A stretch of DNA of 64,000 nucleotides from an uncultured bacterium (GTDB taxonomy: Bacteria; Bacillota_I; Bacilli_A; RFN20; CAG-826): assembly GCA_949299195.1 (NCBI GenBank), contig CASFZN010000018.1:262129-326128 (forward strand). Direction: 5' to 3'. Position 1 is the first letter of the stretch; the number at the start of each line of letters is the position of its first letter. The notes beneath the pieces are model-generated. The model was not told the DNA's origin, did no database searches, and worked only from the letters and a program-made list of their open reading frames with translations. The translations under genes and the position numbers were made by a program. Positions 8,966 to 18,940 of the stretch are shown in pieces.

Positions 8966-10594
8966 ATGGGAAAGGAAATGAAGTTTTTATTTGTTACAGG
9001 TGGAGTTATTTCTTCATTAGGAAAAGGAATAAGTGCCGCAAGTGTTGGAAGATTATTAAAAAGAAGAGGATTAAATATCTTCTCAATGAAACTAGATCCA
9101 TATTTAAATGTCGATCCAGGAACTATGTCCCCATATCAACATGGTGAAGTCTTTGTAACTAAAGATGGTGCTGAAACTGACTTAGATTTAGGGCACTATG
9201 AAAGATTAATTAATACCTCATTAACTAAAGAATCTTCGATTACATCTGGTAAAATTTATTCTTCTGTCATCGAAAGAGAAAGAAAAGGAGAATATTTAGG
9301 AGCCACTATTCAAATCATTCCTCATATTACTAACGAAATTATTAAAAGAATTAAAGATGGATTTAATGCCAAAGGCGATACTGATATCTGTATTGTTGAA
9401 ATTGGAGGAACAGTTGGAGATATTGAATCTCAACCATTTTTAGAAGCAATTAGACAAATTAGACGTGAATTAGGATGGAAAAACACCTTCTTTTTGCATA
9501 CAACTTTAGTTCCATATTTAAAAACAACATTAGAAATTAAAACCAAACCAACTCAACATAGCGTAAAAGAATTGTTAGGACTTGGTATTCAACCAGACGC
9601 CCTCCTTTTAAGATGTGAAGTTGATATCGATAAAAATAGTAAAGAAAAAGTCGCGCTTTTCTGTAATTTACCAAAAAATGCAATTATTTCAGTTAAAGAT
9701 GCACCAGTTATTTATCAAGTTGCTTTAAATCTAAAAAAACAAAAGCTTGATGATTTAATTTTAGAACACTTTGGTTATTCTAACTTACCAGAAGCGAATA
9801 TGAGCGATTGGGAAGATTTAATCGTAAGAATTAAAAACTTAAAAGAATCGATAACCATCGGACTTGTTGGTAAATATGTTGAACTTCATGACGCCTATAT
9901 TTCAGTTGTTGAATCCTTAAAATATGCAGGTTATAAAGTTAATAAAAAAGTAAATATTAAGTGGATTAATAGTGAATTTTTAAATGAAGAAAACTATTTA
10001 ACTGAACTTGAAGGCTGTAAAGGAATTGTAGTTCCTGGAGGATTTGGAAACCGTGGAATTGATGGCAAAATGATCGCTATTAAATATGCTAGAGAAAATA
10101 AAATCCCGCTATTAGGTTTATGTTTAGGAATGCAATTATCTTTAATTGAAATTGCTAGAGACGTTTTAAATAAAAGTGACGCTAATTCAACCGAATTTGA
10201 AAAAGATACTTCTTATAAAGTATTTGATTATCTCCCAGATCAATATGAAGGAATAAATATGGGAGGAACTATGAGACTAGGAGAATATGAATGTCAAATT
10301 AAAGAGGGCACATTAGCACATTCTTTATATAATAAGGATATAGTCTTAGAAAGACATAGACATAGATATGAATTTAATAATGAATTAAAGGTTGATTTTG
10401 AAAAAGTAGGAGTGGTTTTTTCAGGAATTAATCCTCAAACTGGTCTTTGTGAACTTATAGAAATTAAAGATCATCCATATTTTATTGCATGTCAGTTCCA
10501 TCCAGAATTCTTATCTCGTCCACTTCAACCACATCCTTTATTTTTAGGATTAATAAAAGCTTCGATAAATTATGAACAAGAATTACAAAAATAA
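8966..10594 (+). CDS. pyrG: CTP synthase
   Basis: FVTGGVISSLGKG, DPYLNVDPGTMSP, KTKPTQHSV, CLGMQ, QFHPEF. Confidence 0.98.
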   Translation: MGKEMKFLFVTGGVISSLGKGISAASVGRLLKRRGLNIFSMKLDPYLNVDPGTMSPYQHGEVFVTKDGAETDLDLGHYERLINTSLTKESSITSGKIYSSVIERERKGEYLGATIQIIPHITNEIIKRIKDGFNAKGDTDICIVEIGGTVGDIESQPFLEAIRQIRRELGWKNTFFLHTTLVPYLKTTLEIKTKPTQHSVKELLGLGIQPDALLLRCEVDIDKNSKEKVALFCNLPKNAIISVKDAPVIYQVALNLKKQKLDDLILEHFGYSNLPEANMSDWEDLIVRIKNLKESITIGLVGKYVELHDAYISVVESLKYAGYKVNKKVNIKWINSEFLNEENYLTELEGCKGIVVPGGFGNRGIDGKMIAIKYARENKIPLLGLCLGMQLSLIEIARDVLNKSDANSTEFEKDTSYKVFDYLPDQYEGINMGGTMRLGEYECQIKEGTLAHSLYNKDIVLERHRHRYEFNNELKVDFEKVGVVFSGINPQTGLCELIEIKDHPYFIACQFHPEFLSRPLQPHPLFLGLIKASINYEQELQK

Positions 10595-11501
10595 CTTAAA
10601 AACTAGAAATATTAAAGTAGAAAAGAAAAAGATAGATTTTAAAGAATATAAGGTAAAAGAAAATAAAGAATTATTATTATATTTAAACGAAAATCTAGGT
10701 TTTTCTCGTAATAATGCTAAGAGTCTATTATCAAATCACTTAGTAGCAATTGATGGAGCACCAGTTTCTCAATTCAATTTTATGTTGTCTAGTGGAGACT
10801 CTTTAATTATTTCAAAAAGACCAATTAAACGTAAAAAACGTGACAATCTTCCTATTATTTATGAAGATGATGAATTGATTGTCATTAATAAACCTGCAGG
10901 ATTATTGTCTATTGCAACTGATAAAGAAAAATCTTCCACCGCTTATAGAATGGTAATGGAATATGTTCAAGAAAAAGATCGTAAGAATCGTATCTTTGTC
11001 GTTCACAGATTAGACAAAGAAACTAGTGGAGTATTAATGTTTGTTAAAAATGAAAAAATTAAAACTTTACTCCAAGATTCTTGGAATGAAATTGTTTCAA
11101 AGCGAGGGTATTACGCCGTTTGTGAAGGCATATTCAATAAAAAAGAAGATCGAATTATCAATTATATTAAGAAAAATGCTGTGGATTTAATGGTTTTAAC
11201 CTCAAAAGCTAATAAAAAAGCTTATAAATGTATCACAAACTATAAAGTTATCGATGAAAATAAAAAATATTCCTTATTAGATATCAATTTAGAAACTGGA
11301 AGAAAAAATCAAATTAGAGTTACAATGGGAAGTTTAGGACATTATGTTTTAGGAGATGATAAATATGGAGAGCCGGAAAACCCAATTAATAGGCTTTGTT
11401 TACATGCTTATGAACTTTCATTTATTCATCCAATTTCAAAGAAAAAGTTAGATTTTAAGGCAGAAATGCCAAAAGAGTTTAGTCAATTAATAAAAAAGTA
11501 G
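10572..11501 (+). CDS. RluA/RluD-family pseudouridine synthase
   Basis: INKPAGL, VHRLDKETSG, TGRKNQIR, LCLHA. Confidence 0.93.
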   Translation: MNKNYKNNLKTRNIKVEKKKIDFKEYKVKENKELLLYLNENLGFSRNNAKSLLSNHLVAIDGAPVSQFNFMLSSGDSLIISKRPIKRKKRDNLPIIYEDDELIVINKPAGLLSIATDKEKSSTAYRMVMEYVQEKDRKNRIFVVHRLDKETSGVLMFVKNEKIKTLLQDSWNEIVSKRGYYAVCEGIFNKKEDRIINYIKKNAVDLMVLTSKANKKAYKCITNYKVIDENKKYSLLDINLETGRKNQIRVTMGSLGHYVLGDDKYGEPENPINRLCLHAYELSFIHPISKKKLDFKAEMPKEFSQLIKK

Positions 11502-11547
11502 AAAATTTGTGTTTCTTTAAAATGTAAAAAACCTTTATAATTTTTTT

Positions 11548-13107
11548 ATGAAAGCCGAAAGAAAAGCTGTTTTTAAACTAATTTTAAAAGAGTCCCTAAA
11601 AGGTTTTTGGGAAGCTTTTATAAGTGTTCTTCCAATTGTTATCATTGTTTCGATTTTCTTTGCTATTCAGTATGGACTTTTAAGTTCTAATCAAATTAGC
11701 ACGGAAATTATCAGTGTTAACGCTTATATAACTTTCTTAATTTGTTCTTTATTTCTATGTATAGGAATGAATATTTTTACTCACGGCTCAGATATGTCGA
11801 TGAGTAAGATTGGTAAATATATTGGTGAAGATTTAACTAAGAAAAAATCGATAATTTTGTTAGTTATTTTCATTATTTTATTAGGAACGATTATTACGAT
11901 TGCGGAGCCTGATTTAGCTGTGCTTTCTGAATATATCCCTAAAGAGACTTTAAATCCATGGATTTTTAGACTTCTTATAGGAGTAGGAGTTGGGGTATTT
12001 TTTGCAATTGGAATTTATAGAATCATTGCGAATAAATCCATTAAATATTGGGTATCTTTATTTTATGGAATAATCTTTATGGTGGCTTCACTTTTTGGCG
12101 ATGATAATCAAGCCTTCTTAGAATTATCTTTTGATAGTGGTGGAGTTACAACCGGGCCAATTACTATCCCATTCTTACTTGCCTTTGGCATTGGTATTGC
12201 GGGAGCAAAAGGTGGTAATAAGGCTAGCGAAAACTCTTTCGGTTTATCAGGAATTTGTTCGATTGGACCTGTAATCGTTGTTATGTTTATTGGGCTTTTT
12301 GTAGGAAGTGAAAATCTTAATCCTGCAACAAGCGAAACTATGGAATTAGGCGAAGCTTTTGTAAGTAGTTTAAGTGAAGTAGGAATCGCAATTTTACCTA
12401 TTTTAGCTTTATTTTTAATTTATAATTTTGTTTTCTTAAAATTACATAAAGAAGAATTTTTAAGAATTATAATTGGCTTAGTTTATACCTATTTAGGTTT
12501 AGTTATATTCTTAACTGCTGCAAATTATGGATTTATTTCAATCGCTAGAAATATCGGTAAAGGATTTGGAGAATCCCATATTTTAATTCTAATTATGTCC
12601 TTCTTTATCGGTGCAAGTAGTGTTTTAGCCGATCCTTCGGTTTCAATTTTAGTCCATCAAGTCGAAGATATATCGAATGGAATTATTAAAAAAAGAACAA
12701 TGTTATCATCTCTTGCTATTGGTGTTGGTTTAACTCTTGTAATTGCGGTTACTCGTGCAATTTATTTCCCAGAATTACCAGTTTTATATATTTTAGCTCC
12801 TGGATATGCGGTTGCTTTAATACTTACTATTTTTAGTGAAGATTTATATGTTGCATTAGCTTTTGATAGTGGTGGAGTTGCTGCAGGAACAATGGCAAGC
12901 TGTTTTGTTTTACCATTTATGTTTGGATTATCTTCAATTACCGATGTAGGAACAAGTGGATTTGGAGTCATTGGAATGTTAGGAATGATGCCTATTATAA
13001 CTGTTCAACTTGTTGGGGTATTATCGAATCTTAAACATGTTATGGCATTACGAAAAACTCGTCAAAAACTCAAAGACGAATACGATATGCAAGTTATTAG
13101 GTTTTAA
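11548..13107 (+). CDS. DUF1538 multi-pass membrane protein (two internal repeats)
   Basis: AEPDL / ADPSV and DSGGVTTG / DSGGVAAG duplicated motifs. Confidence 0.85.
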   Translation: MKAERKAVFKLILKESLKGFWEAFISVLPIVIIVSIFFAIQYGLLSSNQISTEIISVNAYITFLICSLFLCIGMNIFTHGSDMSMSKIGKYIGEDLTKKKSIILLVIFIILLGTIITIAEPDLAVLSEYIPKETLNPWIFRLLIGVGVGVFFAIGIYRIIANKSIKYWVSLFYGIIFMVASLFGDDNQAFLELSFDSGGVTTGPITIPFLLAFGIGIAGAKGGNKASENSFGLSGICSIGPVIVVMFIGLFVGSENLNPATSETMELGEAFVSSLSEVGIAILPILALFLIYNFVFLKLHKEEFLRIIIGLVYTYLGLVIFLTAANYGFISIARNIGKGFGESHILILIMSFFIGASSVLADPSVSILVHQVEDISNGIIKKRTMLSSLAIGVGLTLVIAVTRAIYFPELPVLYILAPGYAVALILTIFSEDLYVALAFDSGGVAAGTMASCFVLPFMFGLSSITDVGTSGFGVIGMLGMMPIITVQLVGVLSNLKHVMALRKTRQKLKDEYDMQVIRF

Positions 13108-13112
13108 TTTTT

Positions 13113-13562
13113 ATGACAGAAAAAGAGAAGAAAGTTATAAGGAAAATCTTTAAAAAAGAAAGAAAAGTAGATAACAACACAAGTAATTACACCTCTAAAT
13201 ATGAGGTTGAAAAATTATTTGTATCTTTTGTTATTGTCACTCGTTATCAAGGATCTTATTTTGTAGATAAATTTATAGATTTAGGGGTTTCTTCGTCTTT
13301 TATTGTCTTTGGAAAAGGCACTGCACCTAGTGAAATGATTTATGCTCTTGGTCTTCCAGAATCTAAAAAAGATGTAGTAATCACAATATTTAAAGAATCA
13401 ATGAAAGATAAAATTAATGAAATTATCGAAGAAAGGTTTGATTTTAGTGCCTCAGCTAAAGGAGTCTCGTTTATTATTCCGCTTGATTCGGTTATGGGAT
13501 TATTAAGTTATAGATTTATGTCAGATACCAAGATTAATAGGAGGAAAGAAAATGGAAAATAA
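13113..13562 (+). CDS. PII-like (GlnB-like fold) protein
   Basis: GKGTAP..ALGL..KKDVV, GVSFIIPLDSV; in DUF1538 operon. Confidence 0.75.
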   Translation: MTEKEKKVIRKIFKKERKVDNNTSNYTSKYEVEKLFVSFVIVTRYQGSYFVDKFIDLGVSSSFIVFGKGTAPSEMIYALGLPESKKDVVITIFKESMKDKINEIIEERFDFSASAKGVSFIIPLDSVMGLLSYRFMSDTKINRRKENGK

Positions 13563-13872
13563 TAATAATGAAAATAAATTAATTATTACTATTATAAATA
13601 AAGGTTATAGTGATGTTGTTATGGAAGCTGCTAGAAGAGCCGGAGCAACAGGAGGAACTGTTATTAAAGCTAGAGGAACGGGTAATAAAGAATTAGAAAG
13701 TTTTTATGGAATCGTTATTCATCCTGATAAGGAGATGGTTTTAATAGTAGTAAATGAAGATATTAAAGATAAAACCATGGAAGAAATATATAAAGATTGT
13801 GGCTTAGAGACAAAATCTCAAGGAATTATATTTTCTTTACCTATTGATGATGTAAAAGGGATTAGCATCTAA
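13552..13872 (+). CDS. PII-family regulator
   Basis: VMEAARRAGATGGTVIKARGTG, GIIFSLPID. Confidence 0.85.
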   Translation: MENNNNENKLIITIINKGYSDVVMEAARRAGATGGTVIKARGTGNKELESFYGIVIHPDKEMVLIVVNEDIKDKTMEEIYKDCGLETKSQGIIFSLPIDDVKGISI

Positions 13873-14730
13873 CTAATCCCTTTTTTCATCTAATAATATT
13901 TCTTTAATTTTATTCTTTTTTATTTCAAAAATTATTGATAATGCAGTAATTGCATCTTTATTGTTTATTCCATTTTTAATTAATTCATTATATTTAAAAA
14001 TAATTGAATTAATATCGATAGAATCGTCAGTTTTAATTATTTTATTGCCTTCTAAAACTAGTACTAACTCTCCTTTATATTCTTTATGATTTTCACTAGC
14101 TTCTTTTAAAGAGGTATAGATAAATTCTTCATGAAGCTTAGTTAATTCTCTAACAATTGTGAGTTTTCTATTGCCTACTATTTTATATAAATTATCGACA
14201 GTTTCATTGACTCTATGAGGAGCTTCATAAAGGATAATGGTATAAGGTAGATTCATGATTGAATAAATTTCTTTTTCTCTATCGCTTTTATTTGAAGAAA
14301 AGAAACCATAAAAGATAAAGTGATCTGTATCCATTCCGGAAGCCACAAGGCTAGATAAAGAGGCACTTGGACCACTTAAAGGTACAATTTTTATATCTTC
14401 TTTAATAATCTCTTTAACTAAAATTGAACCAGGATCAGAGATTCCTGGATAACCGGCATCACTTACATAAGCAACATCATTTCCTTCTTTAAGTAGGTTG
14501 ATTACCTTACTAGAAACTTCTTTTTCATTAAATTTATGGCAAGAAAATAACTGTTTTTTATTATTAATTCCCATTAAACCAAGTAATTTATTGGTATTTC
14601 TAGTGTCTTCACAAAAAATATATGAAACCATGTTTAAAGTTTCATAGATTCGGGGACTAACTTCTTTAATATTCCCGATTGGGGTAGGAACTAAATAGAA
14701 AGTTCCATATTTATTTTGAACGTTGTTCAT
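13873..14730 (-). CDS. rsmI: 16S rRNA C1402 2'-O-methyltransferase
   Basis: LVPTPIGN, CEDTR, SDAGYPGISDPG, YEAPHR, RELTKLHEE. Confidence 0.96.
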   Translation of the reverse strand: MNNVQNKYGTFYLVPTPIGNIKEVSPRIYETLNMVSYIFCEDTRNTNKLLGLMGINNKKQLFSCHKFNEKEVSSKVINLLKEGNDVAYVSDAGYPGISDPGSILVKEIIKEDIKIVPLSGPSASLSSLVASGMDTDHFIFYGFFSSNKSDREKEIYSIMNLPYTIILYEAPHRVNETVDNLYKIVGNRKLTIVRELTKLHEEFIYTSLKEASENHKEYKGELVLVLEGNKIIKTDDSIDINSIIFKYNELIKNGINNKDAITALSIIFEIKKNKIKEILLDEKRD

Positions 14731-15532
14731 GCTTTTTTAAGAGTTTATTTATTTCATCTAAAGATAAGAATGTAATATCGTCTTCTGCATCAATTCTAAC
14801 CATTTTGGTTAAAATATTATAGGAATTAATTTTATATTCTTTTTTATCGATTGTTAATTTTGTTCCGATTGGTGGATATTTTTTTCTTTCTTCGGTGTAA
14901 TAATCGTCTTCATAATTTAAGCAACACATAAGTTTATTACATTGACCAGAAAGCTTAGGAATATTGATTGAAAGCATTTGGTTTTTAGCTCTATTTAAAG
15001 ATACGCCTTCAATATTTTTTAAGAATCTAGTGCAACATAATTGTTGACCGCAAGGGCCGATTCCACCGATGAGTTGGGCTTTTTCTCTAGGATTGATTTG
15101 TTTTAATTCAATTCTACATTTTAATTCGGTAGCAAGTTCTTTTAAAAGTTCTCTAAAATCGACTCTTTCATCACTAACATATGTGAATAAAACTTTAGTC
15201 CGATCTAAAGTGTATTGAGTCGAGATTAAGTTCATGTTTAATTTATGTAAAGCAACTTTTTCGGTAAAGATTTTTGATGCTTTTTCATTTAAATCTTCAC
15301 TAATATTGAACATTTTAATATCTTCATTGTTAGCTTTTCTTAAAATTGGCTTAAGTTCTAATTCAAATTTAAGATTTTTTCTAGGTTCTGGTTTTCCAAC
15401 TACAATAGCTAACTCTTTGCCGACAACTGTTTCGACAACAACAAAATCGCCATCAACTAATGTGGCATCTTCTGTTGAAAAATAATATAACTTATTTGCT
15501 TTAGCAAATTTTAACTTAACGAATAAATCCAT
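14711..15532 (-). CDS. yaaT: PSP1/YaaT (RicT) family protein
   Basis: RVDFRELLKEL, GGIGPCGQQLCC, KLSGQCNKLMCCLNYE. Confidence 0.93.
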   Translation of the reverse strand: MDLFVKLKFAKANKLYYFSTEDATLVDGDFVVVETVVGKELAIVVGKPEPRKNLKFELELKPILRKANNEDIKMFNISEDLNEKASKIFTEKVALHKLNMNLISTQYTLDRTKVLFTYVSDERVDFRELLKELATELKCRIELKQINPREKAQLIGGIGPCGQQLCCTRFLKNIEGVSLNRAKNQMLSINIPKLSGQCNKLMCCLNYEDDYYTEERKKYPPIGTKLTIDKKEYKINSYNILTKMVRIDAEDDITFLSLDEINKLLKKHEQRSK

Positions 15533-15620
15533 ATATATATTAAAAAGTGATTAATAACGAATAAAAATCATTAATAATCTTAATATTTTAGTTCCCAAAA
15601 TTCAATAATAAAGTCAAAAA

Positions 15621-15636
15621 GTTTCCACGTGGAAAC
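15621..15636. repeat. parS-like palindrome copy 3
   Basis: Perfect; extended by A5/T5 flanks to a 26-bp palindrome 15616-15641. Confidence 0.88.
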
Positions 15637-15735
15637 TTTTTATATATTATTTGTGCTTTCTTTAAAGCTTACTGCTAGATTATACATTTTTTAATTGAGA
15701 ATATAAGTAAAAGGCGATATTTATCGTTTAAATAA

Positions 15736-15751
15736 GTTTCCACGTGGAAAC
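15736..15751. repeat. parS-like palindrome copy 4
   Basis: Perfect; 115 bp from copy 3. Confidence 0.88.
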
Positions 15752-15840
15752 TTTAATTACATGAAAGTTAAATATTTTGATTATTTATATTGTAGTTTGT
15801 ATAATTTCTATTAGAAATTATTTTGAAAAGGGGATATAAA

Positions 15841-17082
15841 ATGAGCTGTTTAGAGTGCAACGATAAAGAAATTTTTGATTTAATTAAAAAAGAAAAGAAA
15901 AGACAAAAAGAAAATATTGAACTTATTGCATCAGAAAACTTTGTTTCTCCTGAAGTTTTAGAAGTTCAAGGAAGTATTTTAACTAATAAATATGCTGAAG
16001 GTTATCCAACAAAAAGATATTATGGTGGTTGTGAAAACATTGATGGTATCGAATCATTAGCGATTGAAAGACTTAAAAAATTATTTAATTGTAAGTACGC
16101 AAACGTCCAACCTCATTCTGGATCTTCAGCTAATATGGCAGCTATCAGAGCCTTAATTAATCATGGTGATAAAATTTTAGGCATGGCTTTAGACGCAGGC
16201 GGACATTTAACTCACGGTTATCGTCTTTCCTTCTCCGGTCAAGATTATGAATCTTATGTATATGGAGTTAATCCAGAAACCGGAAGAATAGATTATGAGG
16301 ACGTTTTAAGAATAGCAAAAGAAGTTAAACCTCAACTTATTATTTGCGGAGCAAGTTCATATTCAAGAGAAATAGATTTTAAGAAATTTAGAGAAATTGC
16401 AAATGAAGTTGGCGCATATTTAATGGCTGATATTGCCCATATTGCAGGGTTAGTTGCTAGTGGAGACCACAATTCACCTGTTGGTTATGCCGATGTTATA
16501 ACTTCAACCACTCATAAAACTTTAAGAGGTCCTAGAGGCGGTATCATTATGACAAATGATGAAGAAATCGCTAAAAAAGTCGATAAGGTTTTATTCCCTG
16601 GTATTCAAGGTGGACCACTAGAGCATGTAATTGGGGCTAAAGCTGTTGCTTTTAAGGAAGATTTACAACCTGAATACAAAGAATATATTCATCAAGTTGT
16701 TAAAAACGCAAAAAGAATGGCTGAGGAATTCGTTAATTTAGGTTATAGAGTTATTAGTGGTGGAACTGATAATCATATGTTGGTAATCGATGTTAAATCG
16801 ACTACCGGATTAACAGGAAAAGCCGTCGAAGATTTATTAGGTTCGATAAATATCACGGTTAATAAGAATTCAATTCCAAACGATACTGAAAAACCTATGT
16901 TATCAAGCGGAATTCGTATTGGAACTCCAGCAATGACAACTCGTGGATATAAAGAAGAAGATTTTGTTCGTGTTGTTCATTTTATAGATAAAGCTATTAA
17001 AAATCGTAATAATATCGAAGTTTTAAAAAAGATTAAAGAAGAAGTTATCTTATTAAATAAAGAAGTAGATGAAAGAAAATAA
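15841..17082 (+). CDS. glyA: Serine hydroxymethyltransferase
   Basis: [39 protein letters not shown] 15841 preferred to TTG 15823. Confidence 0.97.
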   Translation: MSCLECNDKEIFDLIKKEKKRQKENIELIASENFVSPEVLEVQGSILTNKYAEGYPTKRYYGGCENIDGIESLAIERLKKLFNCKYANVQPHSGSSANMAAIRALINHGDKILGMALDAGGHLTHGYRLSFSGQDYESYVYGVNPETGRIDYEDVLRIAKEVKPQLIICGASSYSREIDFKKFREIANEVGAYLMADIAHIAGLVASGDHNSPVGYADVITSTTHKTLRGPRGGIIMTNDEEIAKKVDKVLFPGIQGGPLEHVIGAKAVAFKEDLQPEYKEYIHQVVKNAKRMAEEFVNLGYRVISGGTDNHMLVIDVKSTTGLTGKAVEDLLGSINITVNKNSIPNDTEKPMLSSGIRIGTPAMTTRGYKEEDFVRVVHFIDKAIKNRNNIEVLKKIKEEVILLNKEVDERK

Positions 17083-17581
17083 TATTGAAATAAAGTTAGT
17101 TAAAATTGATGAACTCGATAAAGTTTTTGATGTTTATTTAAAGGCAAGAGAGTTTATGAAGAAAAGCGGGAACCCAAATCAACGGGGAGATTTTCATCCT
17201 ACAAAAGCAGTTCTAACTGACTTTATAAATCGAAATACTTTATATAAAGGTGTTAATGAAGATGGTGAAATATGTTTCGTTTTTGCCTTTATTGTAGGAA
17301 TTGATCCAACCTATCTTTATATTGAAAACGGGAAATGGCTAAATGATGATATTTATGGAACAATTCACGCTTTAGCTTCTACCCATTTAGCAAAAGATGC
17401 TTTTGGATATATCTTTAATTTTTCGTTAAAAAAAGTCGATAACATTCGTATCGACACTCACGAAGATAATAAAATAATGTTACATATTTTAGATAAATAT
17501 AATTTTAAAAGATGCGGTATTATCTATGTTTTAGATAAATCCCCTCGAATTGCTTTCCAATACTCTAAAAATACAAATTAA
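17069..17581 (+). CDS. GNAT-family N-acetyltransferase
   Basis: [13 protein letters not shown](R/W)[26 protein letters not shown]. Confidence 0.85.
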   Translation: MKENNIEIKLVKIDELDKVFDVYLKAREFMKKSGNPNQRGDFHPTKAVLTDFINRNTLYKGVNEDGEICFVFAFIVGIDPTYLYIENGKWLNDDIYGTIHALASTHLAKDAFGYIFNFSLKKVDNIRIDTHEDNKIMLHILDKYNFKRCGIIYVLDKSPRIAFQYSKNTN

Positions 17582-17860
17582 AAAGAGTTCAGTTTATTCT
17601 TCATTTCTCCATCTCTAACGTTTTAAGTTAATCTCGAATTGGGTTTATCCTTCAATTTTAGTTTTCTTTTATTTTGGCTTCTTTTTATCCTTTTGTCTTC
17701 TTTTTTGATGTGCCTTAACTTTTAATTACAGAATCTTTGGATTGTTTAATCTTTTTTCTTATTTCTATATTTATTAAATAGCCTTATATTATAACTTTGT
17801 TTAATAAATTATAGAAACTCTGTAATCTTGAAGGAGTTCCCCTTAACCCTGAACTCTTTT
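17581..17860 (-). ncRNA. Candidate structured ncRNA (or MITE-like element) of unknown family
   Basis: 12-bp terminal inverted repeat plus three nested internal stems; TTGTCA-N17-TAATAT promoter on minus strand immediately upstream; no credible ORF. Confidence 0.5.
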
Positions 17861-17869
17861 ATTAACTTT

Positions 17870-17898
17870 ATATTAAGAAAGAATGCGCAATTTGACAA
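17870..17898 (-). promoter_or_regulatory. Sigma-A-type promoter pointing into the 17581-17860 element
   Basis: Minus strand TTGTCA (17898-17893), 17 nt, TAATAT (17875-17870). Confidence 0.45.
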
Positions 17899-17965
17899 TA
17901 TTAATTTACATTAAAATTAATGATAATCGAATTTTTTCCGATAAAATCTTTATAAAAAATTTAAA

Positions 17966-18940
17966 TTATTTTTTTAAAATTTTTGTTAAAGAATGAATTA
18001 TAAGAAGATTCAAATTAACATTTAGTCCAATTTGAGCTTCGTCTTCTAATAAAATTTTAATAGCTTCATCTAAATCTGGAATAAATTTAATTAAAGTGTC
18101 TAAAAATCCTGTGTAGCCTTTATATAGATAATTGATTTTTAACTTTTTATTTCTAGCTTCGACTAAGAAAGATACGAATATATCATAAAAATAGTAGGCT
18201 TTATCCACATTATTTGCTTCTTTTAATAATTTGGTCTCAATAAAATATCTAGTTTCATCATAAGAGTTTAATCTTTGAATATATTCTAAAACTAGGTTCC
18301 TTGTATTAGTAATTAAAGGATTATCAACATTATTTACAATCTCTTCATAGTTATCAAAAAGATAAGACAAAATAGGAATATTTGAATCATTTCCTTTAAT
18401 TTCGTTTGCTTTTGCAATTAAAAAATCTTTATCTACTTTAGAGAATCTAATAATTTCACATCTAGAAAGGATGGTTGGTAAAATTCTGTTTTGGTTTTCA
18501 GTTGTAAAGATTGCGTAGGTATTTTTTGGAGGTTCCTCTAAAAATTTCAAAAGCATATTTGAGGCCTTTGATCCTAAATATTCAATGTTTAAAATTACAT
18601 AAATTTTAATTCCCTTTTTCTCAACGCCAGTTTTAGAGAAAAAATACTCAATTTTATCCTTGATGTCGCTTACTTTTATCTCTTTATTTTTAGCATCAAA
18701 AATTAAAAAGTCTCCATAACTTCCTTTTTCAATTTTTATGCAAGAAGGACAAGTTTCACATGCAAAAAGTTCATTATCGCAAATTAAAGATTTTGCTAAA
18801 TACTTAGCAATTATATCGAGCGACGAACCTTTGGAGCCGCTTAAAAGAGTGGCGTGAGCAAAATTATTATTTTTTAATGAGTTAAAAAATATTTGATAAA
18901 CAATAGGTTGCGAATGTTTTAAATATTCTTGAATATTCAT
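17966..18940 (-). CDS. holB: DNA polymerase III delta' subunit
   Basis: AHATLLSG, CETCPSC, NMLLKFLEEPP, ILPTILSRC; follows tmk. Confidence 0.92.
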   Translation of the reverse strand: MNIQEYLKHSQPIVYQIFFNSLKNNNFAHATLLSGSKGSSLDIIAKYLAKSLICDNELFACETCPSCIKIEKGSYGDFLIFDAKNKEIKVSDIKDKIEYFFSKTGVEKKGIKIYVILNIEYLGSKASNMLLKFLEEPPKNTYAIFTTENQNRILPTILSRCEIIRFSKVDKDFLIAKANEIKGNDSNIPILSYLFDNYEEIVNNVDNPLITNTRNLVLEYIQRLNSYDETRYFIETKLLKEANNVDKAYYFYDIFVSFLVEARNKKLKINYLYKGYTGFLDTLIKFIPDLDEAIKILLEDEAQIGLNVNLNLLIIHSLTKILKK

